From a virus, in the IMG/VR virus record IMGVR_UViG_3300036985_004568, positions 31,375 to 95,374 of that record: a stretch of 64,000 bases of DNA. One strand, given 5' to 3'. The first letter of the stretch is position 1. Each line of letters begins with the position of its first letter. A model generated the notes under the pieces. It was given only the letters and a program-made list of their open reading frames with translations. It was not told the DNA's origin and made no database searches. A program made the translations under genes and the position numbers. Positions 36,155-45,848 of the stretch are shown here, piece by piece.

Positions 36155-39100
36155 CTATTGAGTTTTACCTGCCATTTTTAATCTAGCACGTTCTTCATTT
36201 AATGTACCAATCGATTCATATATCCTCATTCTTGCCTCTTGTAATCCATCTGCAGAAGTACTAAAGCCTGCCTCTAGATCATTTAATAGTGCATTCTGTG
36301 CAGCAATCATTCTATCCAATTGTAATAAAGTAGGCGTACTTGAGATCAATTGTGCATTTCGTCCTAGAGCAGGGGCATATGCTGCCATTTCTGCTACTCC
36401 TGGATTTAAAGCTGGACCTTTTGGAGGATTTAATCCAACTAACCATTTTGTTGTTATATCCGCCTCTTTCTTATCTTTATTTCCTCCACTGCCAAACTGT
36501 CCTCCAAATTTATTCATAAGGTAAAACCAAGGAAGTATGGATAAAAGTCCATAAGCGACAGCCTTACCTAGTGAAACTCCCAAGGTTGTAATTGATCCTA
36601 ATAATTCCTTATCAGAAAATACAGCCTGTAGGGCTCCTAATAATACATTACTAAATGCAGTGATTAATTCTTTAAAGGGTTGAGATTTAGCAATAGTATT
36701 AAATACTGTTAAAAAGGTTCTAGTAAGCCCCTCTGCAACAGGTATAAGTAATGGTAAAATAAGATCCGAAAATTTAGAAAAACCAATAGCTAAATTATCA
36801 CTAATTTTCTTCCCAAGAGCTCCTTTTTCGCTTGCATCTCCTCCATTTAAAATTAATTGCATATATTTTAAATAATCGGTCATAGCTGGACCAATATAGT
36901 CTTTTACTACATTATTTAAAAGTTGTCCTGCTTTATATAATCCACCAAATAATCCAGTATCGGCCTGTTTTCCAGCATCACTTAAATTTAAAAATACTTT
37001 ATACTCACTTGCCAAGCCTTTAAGGGCCTCTCTAATTGTAGTAAAAAATGAAATTTGTGTATCACCAGTAAGTAACATTCCTGCAATTCTAAATATCGCG
37101 TCTCCGGCGGATACTGCTTGTTTATAAATTGTACCTAAATCTTTAGCTTCCTCTTTAAATACTTTATCTAAAGATTTAGATAAATCTATGGGCTCCTTAA
37201 GTGCGGAGAACATCTCTCTTATTGATGCAACAGTTGCTCCTCCGAGATACATACCTAGTTGCCTAGCAAATGCAGGATTATCTTCTAATTGTGCTCCGAT
37301 GGTGCGTATAAAATCATTGGCTGATTTAGGAGATACCCCTGCAACCATTGCTGTGTTTAATGCAGAAGAGAGTTCTTTTCCTGCAAGATCCGCTATCTCC
37401 TGTAATTTATTTAGTCTTTCTTGCTTACTTGCAAAAGAACCTGAACTAGCCCCTATTTTTTCCTGCAATTTAGAAATTTTTTCTATTCTTTGAGACATTG
37501 AATCATAAGTTTTGTTCCAGGCACCTTCGGCCTTACCTGCCCCGCCACTAAATAAATTACCCGCTTTACCCATAGAGGCTAATACAGCTAATCCCTTTTC
37601 ATCAGGATTCATAAATTTTTCAATTGCCTGGCCAAATTGTACTAACTGTCTTGGCTGCTTTAATCCAACCTCCGCCAATCTACCAGCAGTCTCTAGCACT
37701 CCTTTGAATCTATCTTCGGCGGTACCAGCGCCAGAAGCAAATGCGGGCATCAACCATTGTGCAATCATACGTAATTCTTGAGACGTAGCATTGGTATTTA
37801 ACAATACCTTAGTCATATGGTTTGCTAGATTTGCAGCATTTTTATTAATATCAACTTTAAAAAACTGCGCTATTTCTAAGAATGAGTCATCGATTGCAGC
37901 AACTTCTTCCCCAGTAATAACGGAATATTGAGTAATGGCTTTCATATAGTCGGCTACTCCTATTGTATTACCAACTATACGAATAAATCTTTGTTCCACC
38001 TTACCCATTACTTCCCACAATTCAGTAGCATACCCAATATTTTCTACCATGGGTAAAGTTGCAGCAGTTCGTGCGGTAGTTGCATCCATTCCTCTTGCTA
38101 CCAGGGGATATACACTTAAAGATAAAGACCTTATTGTATCTTTAGCATTTTTAATACCACCAGTTAATCCCTTTATAAAACCACTAGTTATAGTTTCTGT
38201 GATTTTAAAGGCTATTCCAGCTGCTGCGCCTAATGTGCCAAGTACCAATGCTCCACCTAATACACTAATGGCTGCAATTGGATTAGCCATACCAAGTTTT
38301 AATGCGTTAGTAAGCGCACTAGTAAATAAATTACCAGCAGCCTGACCTGGATTTTTAAACCACAGAACTGAATTAGAAAACACTTCCTTCATCCCTTTAA
38401 CCGTAGCCTCTGCTTTTTCTTTTGCTTTCTTTTTTATTTCTTCAGGCTGATCTTCGGGAGGGGTCGGCTCCTCTGCTCCTCCGGAAGGAGTACTTGGGGG
38501 AGCTGGGGGAACGATGGGAGGGGGAGGCGTTACTCCTCCTCTAGCTACAAGATTAGCTGCGGCAAATTGGTCAATAGGAGAATGGGTTATAGCTTGCATC
38601 TTCTGTAATAGAGAAAGCACTCCTGCATTAGAAGTACCCGCACTAGAAGTTGTTGACTTTATGGCCTTTGTAAGCCCTAATGCCTCAGCTACAGCAACAT
38701 CTACCACTGCTTTACGCATCTGAAGTACTGGATTGATTATTGTTGGGGCAGACTCTACTTGTTTCCCCGGAATTGACTTAGCTAGTTCTTTAGTCATTCC
38801 AACTAAAGCATGCTCTGGTGCGGCCCTCTCCTTCATAAATCTTTGTAAATTAGCAATCTGATTACTACGTTTAGATTTTAATCCAGAGGTCATCTGGGTA
38901 TCTTTAGCCATTGCTGCTAAATAATCATTTGAAGATACTGCAAATTTAGTTAAATCCGTTTCAGAGGAAGTTCCCTTTTTAACTTTGTTAAATATAGCGC
39001 GCATACCTTTAACTGCAGCTTGTTCTGCAGAGGAGGGTTTAGTAGCATTTCCTTCTAAATCTAATTTAAGGGAAGAGAAGATGTGCCTTATTTCTCGCTC

Positions 39101-39466
39101 TAAAAGTTGCTGATTAGTCTTGAGTTGGTCATCACCCCTTGACCCCTTTACACTCTTGGGGCCAGCTAATTCTGTGAACTTAGATACTACTTTGGATGGC
39201 TCTGGCGCATTAGCCATTTTTCGTGGATCAAAGGCGTGCATAGACCCAACGGTAGCTAGACTTTGTGCCTGTCTTGCACTTATGGCCTCAGTAAGAATCT
39301 TAGCTTTTAGTTCGGATGCCTCGAGCGTGGATGCCTGCCTACCAAGAAAGGTCTCGAGTTCCTTTAATTGAGCCTTAAAAGAGCTCTTATCCACCTTACC
39401 TGCCTGTAGTTTTATATCTACTGGCAAGTTTATCTCAACTGGTTTTGTTTTTATCTGATCAGCCAT
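36155..39466 (-). CDS. Tape measure protein
   Basis: 1103 aa, Ala/Gly/Leu-rich and helical with hydrophobic segments; follows tail chaperones. Confidence 0.85.
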   Translation of the reverse strand: MADQIKTKPVEINLPVDIKLQAGKVDKSSFKAQLKELETFLGRQASTLEASELKAKILTEAISARQAQSLATVGSMHAFDPRKMANAPEPSKVVSKFTELAGPKSVKGSRGDDQLKTNQQLLEREIRHIFSSLKLDLEGNATKPSSAEQAAVKGMRAIFNKVKKGTSSETDLTKFAVSSNDYLAAMAKDTQMTSGLKSKRSNQIANLQRFMKERAAPEHALVGMTKELAKSIPGKQVESAPTIINPVLQMRKAVVDVAVAEALGLTKAIKSTTSSAGTSNAGVLSLLQKMQAITHSPIDQFAAANLVARGGVTPPPPIVPPAPPSTPSGGAEEPTPPEDQPEEIKKKAKEKAEATVKGMKEVFSNSVLWFKNPGQAAGNLFTSALTNALKLGMANPIAAISVLGGALVLGTLGAAAGIAFKITETITSGFIKGLTGGIKNAKDTIRSLSLSVYPLVARGMDATTARTAATLPMVENIGYATELWEVMGKVEQRFIRIVGNTIGVADYMKAITQYSVITGEEVAAIDDSFLEIAQFFKVDINKNAANLANHMTKVLLNTNATSQELRMIAQWLMPAFASGAGTAEDRFKGVLETAGRLAEVGLKQPRQLVQFGQAIEKFMNPDEKGLAVLASMGKAGNLFSGGAGKAEGAWNKTYDSMSQRIEKISKLQEKIGASSGSFASKQERLNKLQEIADLAGKELSSALNTAMVAGVSPKSANDFIRTIGAQLEDNPAFARQLGMYLGGATVASIREMFSALKEPIDLSKSLDKVFKEEAKDLGTIYKQAVSAGDAIFRIAGMLLTGDTQISFFTTIREALKGLASEYKVFLNLSDAGKQADTGLFGGLYKAGQLLNNVVKDYIGPAMTDYLKYMQLILNGGDASEKGALGKKISDNLAIGFSKFSDLILPLLIPVAEGLTRTFLTVFNTIAKSQPFKELITAFSNVLLGALQAVFSDKELLGSITTLGVSLGKAVAYGLLSILPWFYLMNKFGGQFGSGGNKDKKEADITTKWLVGLNPPKGPALNPGVAEMAAYAPALGRNAQLISSTPTLLQLDRMIAAQNALLNDLEAGFSTSADGLQEARMRIYESIGTLNEERARLKMAGKTQ

Positions 39467-39753
39467 TATAGATTAACCTTTTTACCTTCTTTTAATGCAG
39501 CCAATTGTTCGGGCTTAGCCCCGAGCTTCTTAGCTAATTTAATTAGGTCTGTTACTTCTGTCTTCTTATTAGTGGGGCATGGAAGATCTTGGGTCTTTAC
39601 TCCCTTTCTAATCATGATGCAACGAATTAAACCTGAGATCTCTGGAAGAGTTAGGTTCTGAATTACCTCAATAGTCCAGCCATACTCAGAGGCTAGCAAG
39701 TCAATTACCGAGAAAGTGTCTGCTAGTTGCTGATAATCCACTAATTTCTGCAT
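39466..39753 (-). CDS. Tail assembly chaperone (T-like)
   Basis: DLLASEYGWTIE.I..LT motif immediately before tape measure. Confidence 0.7.
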   Translation of the reverse strand: MQKLVDYQQLADTFSVIDLLASEYGWTIEVIQNLTLPEISGLIRCIMIRKGVKTQDLPCPTNKKTEVTDLIKLAKKLGAKPEQLAALKEGKKVNL

Positions 39754-39763
39754 AGCAGGCCTC

Positions 39764-40087
39764 TTATTTACCCGCTATTAAATTACTGAAAGGATCATAG
39801 AAGGCAATGTCGGAGATTTTCTTTAACACTTCTCCATTCATAAATTCTTCTACTACTTCCCTGGTAATCTCAGGATTATTTTTACTAACAATAAAAAAAG
39901 CTACATCTATCTGCATAGTAATGTAGCTACTAGCTAAATCTTCGGGCTTAACTTCCTTATACTGCCCAAGCATTTTTAAGTATTCGTTCTTCTCTTTAAA
40001 AGTAAAAGGACGAACTTTAATTTTTACCCCGTTTAATAGTTCGACCTCTTGAAAACCAAATTCCGTAACGCGTCCTTGCTCTTCCAT
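39764..40087 (-). CDS. Tail assembly chaperone (G-like)
   Basis: Position after tail tube; KVRPFTFKE..NPEIT.E.VE. Confidence 0.7.
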   Translation of the reverse strand: MEEQGRVTEFGFQEVELLNGVKIKVRPFTFKEKNEYLKMLGQYKEVKPEDLASSYITMQIDVAFFIVSKNNPEITREVVEEFMNGEVLKKISDIAFYDPFSNLIAGK

Positions 40088-40186
40088 GTGTAAACTCCTC
40101 TACAGTTTAACTTGCACATAATTATGCAAGTCACATCTACTCTACCCTTTGATACCACCACACACCTCTACTAGCGACTTAATAAC

Positions 40187-40558
40187 TTAGGTCGCGTATG
40201 ATTTTTTGAGTTCCAGACGATACGTTATAAAACCATCCTGAGTCGACGTAACCTCGTAATTGGTGGCTTTACAACGATTTAAAGTCAGGCCTGAAATACC
40301 CCGAGCAGCATCAAAATCGGAAGCTTCCAGTACGATGTCAACATACTCATTTGACAAAATATCCTCAACATCAGCAACTGACCACTCAACATAGTCAACT
40401 GAGATAGTTGTGGCCCTATTACCTAACTCAACCTCTAAAGGGTCCGGAAACCCTCCTGCGTACATGTCAACTGGGCCGCCATCGAAACGTACAGAGATGC
40501 CTGTACACTTCCCAATGACGTCAGAGCCAACACTGATCTTGCCTACTGAAAATTTCAC
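40187..40558 (-). CDS. Major tail tube protein
   Basis: GTG start behind AAGGAGG; between tail terminator and chaperones; beta-rich and acidic. Confidence 0.7.
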   Translation of the reverse strand: MKFSVGKISVGSDVIGKCTGISVRFDGGPVDMYAGGFPDPLEVELGNRATTISVDYVEWSVADVEDILSNEYVDIVLEASDFDAARGISGLTLNRCKATNYEVTSTQDGFITYRLELKKSYAT

Positions 40559-40597
40559 GAGTGCCTCCTTTTATGCTATGACTGTAATCCCTCACTA

Positions 40598-40606
40598 ATT
40601 GAAGAC
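40598..40606 (-). promoter_or_regulatory. Variant motif GTCTTCAAT upstream of tail tube gene
   Basis: Minus strand TAGTCTTCAATTAG, intergenic, one mismatch to GTTTTCAAT. Confidence 0.4.
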
Positions 40607-40675
40607 TACTTTTAAGGGCTATTTTTAGATATTTATTTTACTTGACTACTTAATATTGTCTTGTGCCTAAAGGGG

Positions 40676-41095
40676 TTAGACACTACGTGCAGAGTAAAAC
40701 TCGAAGTCTATAATTCCCATATGGCACTGACCTATATCATCAAAGTCCATTCCAAAGGATGTTTTCCTAAGTCTATATACTGCAGATGTATATGAGTCGT
40801 TTAGCTGGGAACCGTATAAATCCAGGATATTTACTATCCTTTTAGCTACATCTGTTACTTTTTTAACAGGACTATCATTTCCAGCCTTAACATAAATTTC
40901 TATAGTTAATATTCCATTTTCATAACCAGTTTCGTCTGTTGCTCCCATAACTGTATCTACTGCAACAAGATAAGTTAATACCTCTCCACGAGTGAAGCCT
41001 GCCTGAATGGGGGCGGAATTAGCATCTGCAGCACCAAGTAGGGTACGTAAAGTAGAATCATTCTTAAGTTTTGCGATTACGGTTTCAGTGATCAT
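40676..41095 (-). CDS. Tail terminator/completion protein
   Basis: L.ND.TL..LLG N-terminus; canonical position. Confidence 0.65.
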   Translation of the reverse strand: MITETVIAKLKNDSTLRTLLGAADANSAPIQAGFTRGEVLTYLVAVDTVMGATDETGYENGILTIEIYVKAGNDSPVKKVTDVAKRIVNILDLYGSQLNDSYTSAVYRLRKTSFGMDFDDIGQCHMGIIDFEFYSARSV

Positions 41096-41111
41096 AATAA
41101 ACTCCTAATAG

Positions 41112-41843
41112 TTAAAGTTTATGAATATTTGGGTTATAAACAACAGTACTATGATTTGGTAAATTAACCAAAGTAAAAAGGCGCTTACCTGAAGCATCGT
41201 TCTGTATTCCTACCCAGGTTACTGGAATCTTTGTGCCCTGAGTTTGTGCATCGCTATCAGTAAAATTTAGTGCATCTAATCCTAACTTTATGGCATTAGG
41301 TAAGTTACGAAGTATGTATTGTGCACCCATTCGCATATAATGGACTGGTTTTATGCCTTTTACCCTAATAACTCCACCTTTTCCCCCCTTACCGGCTATA
41401 AATACGTCACTTACTGCTTTACTACTGTATTTACGCCTACCCCGGGCATATTTAGGGGGACTACGTAACTTCTTGAATCCCACAAAATGCATCACTCCAC
41501 TGGCCTTAATAGTATGCGCCTTGGTACCTTCTTCAAGATATGGGGCATAGGGCACAGTATTGGCGGAGGGGTATCCCGCGTACATCCTTATTACTATGTT
41601 CCTAGGTGTACCATGCACATACACAACCTTAATAGATTGGCGAAGCCTTCCACTCTTCTTAGGAACTTTTGGCTTAATTATCTTCTCTTGAACGTCAAGT
41701 ACAAACTTGTCTACTATTTCTTCAACCTGCTTATTTACTTTAGCCACTAGATTGGGACCAATATACTTAGCCACAAGTCCCTGAGTATGCTTATCCAGTT
41801 GGGAGAATATTGCCCCAGTATTAATTTTAATAGATCCGGACAT
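41112..41843 (-). CDS. HK97 gp10-like neck/tail completion protein
   Basis: VPKKSGRLRQSI, YAPYLEEGT, GIKP..YM. Confidence 0.8.
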   Translation of the reverse strand: MSGSIKINTGAIFSQLDKHTQGLVAKYIGPNLVAKVNKQVEEIVDKFVLDVQEKIIKPKVPKKSGRLRQSIKVVYVHGTPRNIVIRMYAGYPSANTVPYAPYLEEGTKAHTIKASGVMHFVGFKKLRSPPKYARGRRKYSSKAVSDVFIAGKGGKGGVIRVKGIKPVHYMRMGAQYILRNLPNAIKLGLDALNFTDSDAQTQGTKIPVTWVGIQNDASGKRLFTLVNLPNHSTVVYNPNIHKL

Positions 41844-42185
41844 TTATTGTTTAACAATATAGAGTTTAAGGTGGTGTACTTGGCCCGCTTCATCTTCAAC
41901 ACCCACCACTAGGTAATGTATAGAGTCAATTAGAAGCCTATCATTTGTCCTAACATCCACAGGATTTAAATAGGCCACCAATTCTACCCAATACTTAAGT
42001 CCGCCTATATCAATTTCATACTTTTCTTTATTGGGTTGGACACATACTGCAACTGTAGCAATTGTAGTAGGGCTTGCAGTATTTTCTTTTTCCCCAAATG
42101 AATTTGGAGTAGTATTCTGCGTAGGCCTTAGTATAGTAGCCGTCTTATTAAGTAAACTATCAAAAATTGTATCGGACATATCCAC
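41844..42185 (-). CDS. Head closure protein
   Basis: N.FGE, DV..NDR..ID...Y.V..V.D...HHL.L. Confidence 0.8.
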   Translation of the reverse strand: MDMSDTIFDSLLNKTATILRPTQNTTPNSFGEKENTASPTTIATVAVCVQPNKEKYEIDIGGLKYWVELVAYLNPVDVRTNDRLLIDSIHYLVVGVEDEAGQVHHLKLYIVKQ

Positions 42186-42188
42186 TCC

Positions 42189-42782
42189 TTAAGAAGTTGA
42201 CCCGGGCTCTAATGATCCCTGTTTGATCAGAATAACCAATTGTTCGATTGACTGTCCATAAGAGGAATTAGTTCCACTTGTGGCGGAGGAATCAATATGG
42301 TATTTTATCATATAGTCCCCTATTTTCTTCGTATCTATTAAGCTGGTATCTACTGTTCCAGGTTTAAACTTGTTTAATGTATCAATTACTAATACAGCGA
42401 TAAAGAATTTAACTAGTGCCGGAAGTGTAGTAACTGTCCACCCAATTGTGTAGGTTACCTTTGCTTCAGAGCTTTCTGGTATTGAAGTTGTCATAACAAT
42501 CAACTTCCTATCAGCTAGAAACTTAAATTCCGTAGCAAGTAGCTCTGTATAGTCCCCAACATCTGCCCTATACTCAACCTTAGTAACAGTTGCGAAAGAC
42601 TCATCCAATTCTAGCAGCTTGGATGGCGCCCACATATAATATGTTTTTGTCTTTGTTTCACTTCTTAGAAAACCCAATAAATTATGAGCACGGGCTTCTG
42701 CTAATTCCAAAATAGAATTTGGAAATAGTTCTGGGGCTAGTCCAGTTAATTCTGCCATATAGGAAGCTTGCATAAGAGACAT
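42189..42782 (-). CDS. Head-tail connector (adaptor) protein
   Basis: VTYTIGW...LP..VK, KIGDY.I.Y. Confidence 0.75.
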   Translation of the reverse strand: MSLMQASYMAELTGLAPELFPNSILELAEARAHNLLGFLRSETKTKTYYMWAPSKLLELDESFATVTKVEYRADVGDYTELLATEFKFLADRKLIVMTTSIPESSEAKVTYTIGWTVTTLPALVKFFIAVLVIDTLNKFKPGTVDTSLIDTKKIGDYMIKYHIDSSATSGTNSSYGQSIEQLVILIKQGSLEPGSTS

Positions 42783-42784
42783 AG

Positions 42785-43309
42785 TTAAACTCCTTTTTTA
42801 GATTTATTTTTATCCATATTTGAAAATAACCAAAAATCAACCCAAATGGGCTTTAATTTCTTAATAGTTAGTAAATGTCTAATGAAAGAGTTAAAGTTTG
42901 TGTGGTCTGACTTGAGTAAGTCCTCCCGGGATACAATGAAAATACCACAGTCAGCAATTCTCTCATTATCGAATAGTAATGCTCCGTCAGGTTCAATCCT
43001 CCAAGTCTTTGATCCACGTAGACGCTTAAGAAATACAGCATTTCCTGGCTGCTTAGAAGCTAGTGCTTCTATCTCTTTAATATTATTAGGTAGTACTCGG
43101 CAACCAAAAGATACTATAACATATTCATCTTCAATATGTTGGCATATCTCCCGTAGTTTATCCATAGTCTTTTCAATAGGACAAACTGGATACTTAGAGG
43201 CCATCCTAGTGAATACAAAATACTTTCTATCTAGTAAGGATAGTAACGCCTTACCAAGGAACTCCAACTCTGAGTCCTTATCATTAACAAAAACCACTAC
43301 GGTAGCCAT
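42785..43309 (-). CDS. Degenerate sugar-phosphate nucleotidyltransferase-like protein
   Basis: Start MATVV behind AAGGAG. LEFLGKALL, YVIVSFGC (GD position), IADCGIFIVS and a terminal W are present; the GGxGTR loop is absent. Confidence 0.5.
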   Translation of the reverse strand: MATVVVFVNDKDSELEFLGKALLSLLDRKYFVFTRMASKYPVCPIEKTMDKLREICQHIEDEYVIVSFGCRVLPNNIKEIEALASKQPGNAVFLKRLRGSKTWRIEPDGALLFDNERIADCGIFIVSREDLLKSDHTNFNSFIRHLLTIKKLKPIWVDFWLFSNMDKNKSKKGV

Positions 43310-43311
43310 AG

Positions 43312-44757
43312 TTATCTCCTTCTTAGTATTGAAAACGATTTTAATTCCTTTAAGATCAAATTGGGGGTTAGGGCCTTTGTGCAAGGAGTAGTTCCTCCTG
43401 ACCTAATTGAACTAGCGCAGTCCTTCCAAGCAGTTGCATCTTTTACCATCTGCCTGTCATAACAGGGCTTACATTTAAGTGGGGGGTATATAGCCCTACA
43501 TAGTTCTTTATGGTGGGAAATACGTATATCTGGATCCACTGTAGTGAACATTACTAAGCAGGGCTTTTTAAAAGCCAACCCTACCCAATATATTCCAGTA
43601 TCCATTGATACTACTCCATCACAATTATATACTACTGAGGCCCACTCTCTCACAGTAAGTTTACCAGTTAAATTTATACTATTTGGCCTCTCAAGTAATT
43701 TCATTGGAGATTGGTCCATGATAATCACATTATAGCGCCCAGAACGATTTAACTTATTTAGGAGTTCGTCATAATATTCTTTTGGATAAGATCGCGCATC
43801 ACTTCCATTGGACATCAACCCTAATGCAATATTTATTTTATTTGGACGTATGTACTGTTCCCCATATTTAATTTCTTCATAGTTTAAATTTAAAACAGGA
43901 GTAAAGTCATTAATTTTAGTTATATCTATACGTAGTAATTCACAAAGTGAATCGATCCTACAGTTTAAGTTACGAGTTATTCTATAGTCCTCTAAATTAG
44001 TAGCTAATGTAAAGTGCCAAGTATAATCTGCGGGTTTGGGTAGATTGGCCAAATTATAACTCTTCATAGAACATAACTCATGATTAGTTGTAAATATATT
44101 ATTTATATAGGGATTTCCTTGTAATAGATCTGCTCCGGCTTTACGAGTTACATAATCTATCTTCCACCCATTTGAAGCTAAGTATTTTAAGGGGATAGTA
44201 GACATAAGTATATCCCCAAGCCCTCGATCAGAGCAATAAGACACTATATCGAATAAAAGAGTTCTACCCGTCGGTAAATTACTTGATGCGCGTAAAATTG
44301 GATCAACTTCTTTTAAAATATTATCTACTTGTGCCAATGAATCAAGTACTGGATCAATTAATTTACAATTAAAACTACTTAATTTAGTAAACTTATTAGC
44401 CAATTCTATTGTATCTGGACCTGAACCAAATGTTAAGTTAAACCTATGGTAATCCTCAAAAGCAGTATGGGTAAACCAGGCCCATTCTGCAACCACATAT
44501 ACTATAGCTGGATTAATAATAAGGTTCTCTGGTAAACTATCACAGAAATATACTATTCCAAAATTTCTTGCTATTAGTTCTTGTATAAAGCCACGTGGAA
44601 ATTTATCATTACTAATTATTGAACCAAATCCTAATGCCAAAAATAGTCCTTCTGGTTCAAATATGGTTGCAGAGTGAGACTTAGATAATTGATTTGGTTG
44701 TACTTTGGAGGCGTAATGGACAGTGTACTTTTCTGATATTAACTTAATCATCTTCAC
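43312..44757 (-). CDS. GT9 (heptosyltransferase-like) glycosyltransferase with N-terminal extension
   Basis: RGLGDILM, NPYI, NLTGKLT, VSMDTG..W...AF.KP.L.MF, C.PC...C...C. Confidence 0.88.
   Translation of the reverse strand: MKMIKLISEKYTVHYASKVQPNQLSKSHSATIFEPEGLFLALGFGSIISNDKFPRGFIQELIARNFGIVYFCDSLPENLIINPAIVYVVAEWAWFTHTAFEDYHRFNLTFGSGPDTIELANKFTKLSSFNCKLIDPVLDSLAQVDNILKEVDPILRASSNLPTGRTLLFDIVSYCSDRGLGDILMSTIPLKYLASNGWKIDYVTRKAGADLLQGNPYINNIFTTNHELCSMKSYNLANLPKPADYTWHFTLATNLEDYRITRNLNCRIDSLCELLRIDITKINDFTPVLNLNYEEIKYGEQYIRPNKINIALGLMSNGSDARSYPKEYYDELLNKLNRSGRYNVIIMDQSPMKLLERPNSINLTGKLTVREWASVVYNCDGVVSMDTGIYWVGLAFKKPCLVMFTTVDPDIRISHHKELCRAIYPPLKCKPCYDRQMVKDATAWKDCASSIRSGGTTPCTKALTPNLILKELKSFSILRRR
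43328..43336 (-). promoter_or_regulatory. GTTTTCAAT motif upstream of 43309 gene
   Basis: Exact copy 18 nt before the ATG, inside the end of the GT9 gene. Confidence 0.45.
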
Positions 44758-44773
44758 TCTCTTTACATTAAAA

Positions 44774-44811
44774 TTAGGGCCGGAAAGACTTGTTAGCCCA
44801 ACCGGCCCTAA
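44774..44811 (-). terminator. Stem-loop after major capsid gene
   Basis: TTAGGGCCGG / CCGGCCCTAA 10-bp stem followed by a T-rich run on the minus strand. Confidence 0.7.
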
Positions 44812-44858
44812 GTTACTTTCTACAAACTCTTACACAGTCTACAAAGGTTTCGTAATTC

Positions 44859-45824
44859 CTACGATCCCAATTTTTTGATTAAGGTCAAACCCACAGCTTT
44901 ATCAGCTGAGTTCTGCAATGACCATACGAAGTCAATGACTTCAGCCATGATCAGCAGGGTGGAGAACTGCTCTTCAATCAATTTCCGACGGAAGATTATG
45001 CTCCCTCTCTGACCCAACATAGCACCATCAGCGCGGGCTAAGATGGCACATTCGCCACTGTTCTTAGCTTCAAGCACGGATGATTCAACGATCTTTACAC
45101 CATGAATAAGGGGTAAAGAGCCGCTACGGGTAACGCCCTTTTCAGCCACATTATACGTTCCAACCTGAGCGATCTTATCAGATCTGCGCAGTTTGTTAGC
45201 AAATGTGTTGGATGCAAAAAGAACCAGCATGCCACGATCCTGACCATAAACGCCCTGGCCTTTAATAGCGTCAGAGATAATGTCTACGAGGTCATCAGAA
45301 TCCTCATATGTAACAGGAGTCTGGGCGCATTTTCCAGAAGCGTTGGCGATAGTATAAATACCATCGAACATATCAACGTAGGAGCCGGTTCCAGCTTCAA
45401 CACCGACCATCATGGCTCTCTCTTCGGCTCTTGCGAGGGTAAGAGTGAGGGACCTGCGAATATAATTCGCGAGATCAACACCAGCGGTGTCGAGGTCAGA
45501 GTCTAACAACTTGGTGAATGCTACTAACAACTGAGGTTCAAGAACGACTGATTTGGTAGCGAAACCAGTTTCAGTATTGCCAGTGCGGACATCAACTCCG
45601 TAGGCAACTTTGTACGCGTTAACATCATCACCAAACAGAATGCGGGGAACGCTCAAAGAACGTCCGGCAACATTCAGGGTCTGGCAGTAAGCTCTCATGA
45701 TGTTGGCTTCAACCAACTCTTCAATGATCTTGCTTGATACTTCCTTAGGCAGAAAATCGTTAGCCGCGGACACATTATCCGGGATTGCACCAAGGTTGCT
45801 TCCTTTTAAAATATCGAATTCCAT
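44859..45824 (-). CDS. Major capsid protein (HK97 fold)
   Basis: FLPKEVS.KII...N.MR, LL.SDL...DLA.YI...L....E.A...G, IHGVKIVES; follows the protease. Confidence 0.9.
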   Translation of the reverse strand: MEFDILKGSNLGAIPDNVSAANDFLPKEVSSKIIEELVEANIMRAYCQTLNVAGRSLSVPRILFGDDVNAYKVAYGVDVRTGNTETGFATKSVVLEPQLLVAFTKLLDSDLDTAGVDLANYIRRSLTLTLARAEERAMMVGVEAGTGSYVDMFDGIYTIANASGKCAQTPVTYEDSDDLVDIISDAIKGQGVYGQDRGMLVLFASNTFANKLRRSDKIAQVGTYNVAEKGVTRSGSLPLIHGVKIVESSVLEAKNSGECAILARADGAMLGQRGSIIFRRKLIEEQFSTLLIMAEVIDFVWSLQNSADKAVGLTLIKKLGS

Positions 45825-45848
45825 CTGTTCCTCCTGTTTTTGTTTAAC

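Noticed and set aside
39740-39800. Programmed -1 frameshift between the tail chaperone genes
   Set aside because: The downstream ORF is in the +1 frame. The -1 frame after GAT CCT TTC stops at once (TCC TTT CAG TAA), and the second gene has its own ATG.
44859-45824. Higher GC in the capsid gene as a sign of horizontal transfer
   Set aside because: More simply explained by codon bias of a highly expressed gene; the tail tube gene shows the same.
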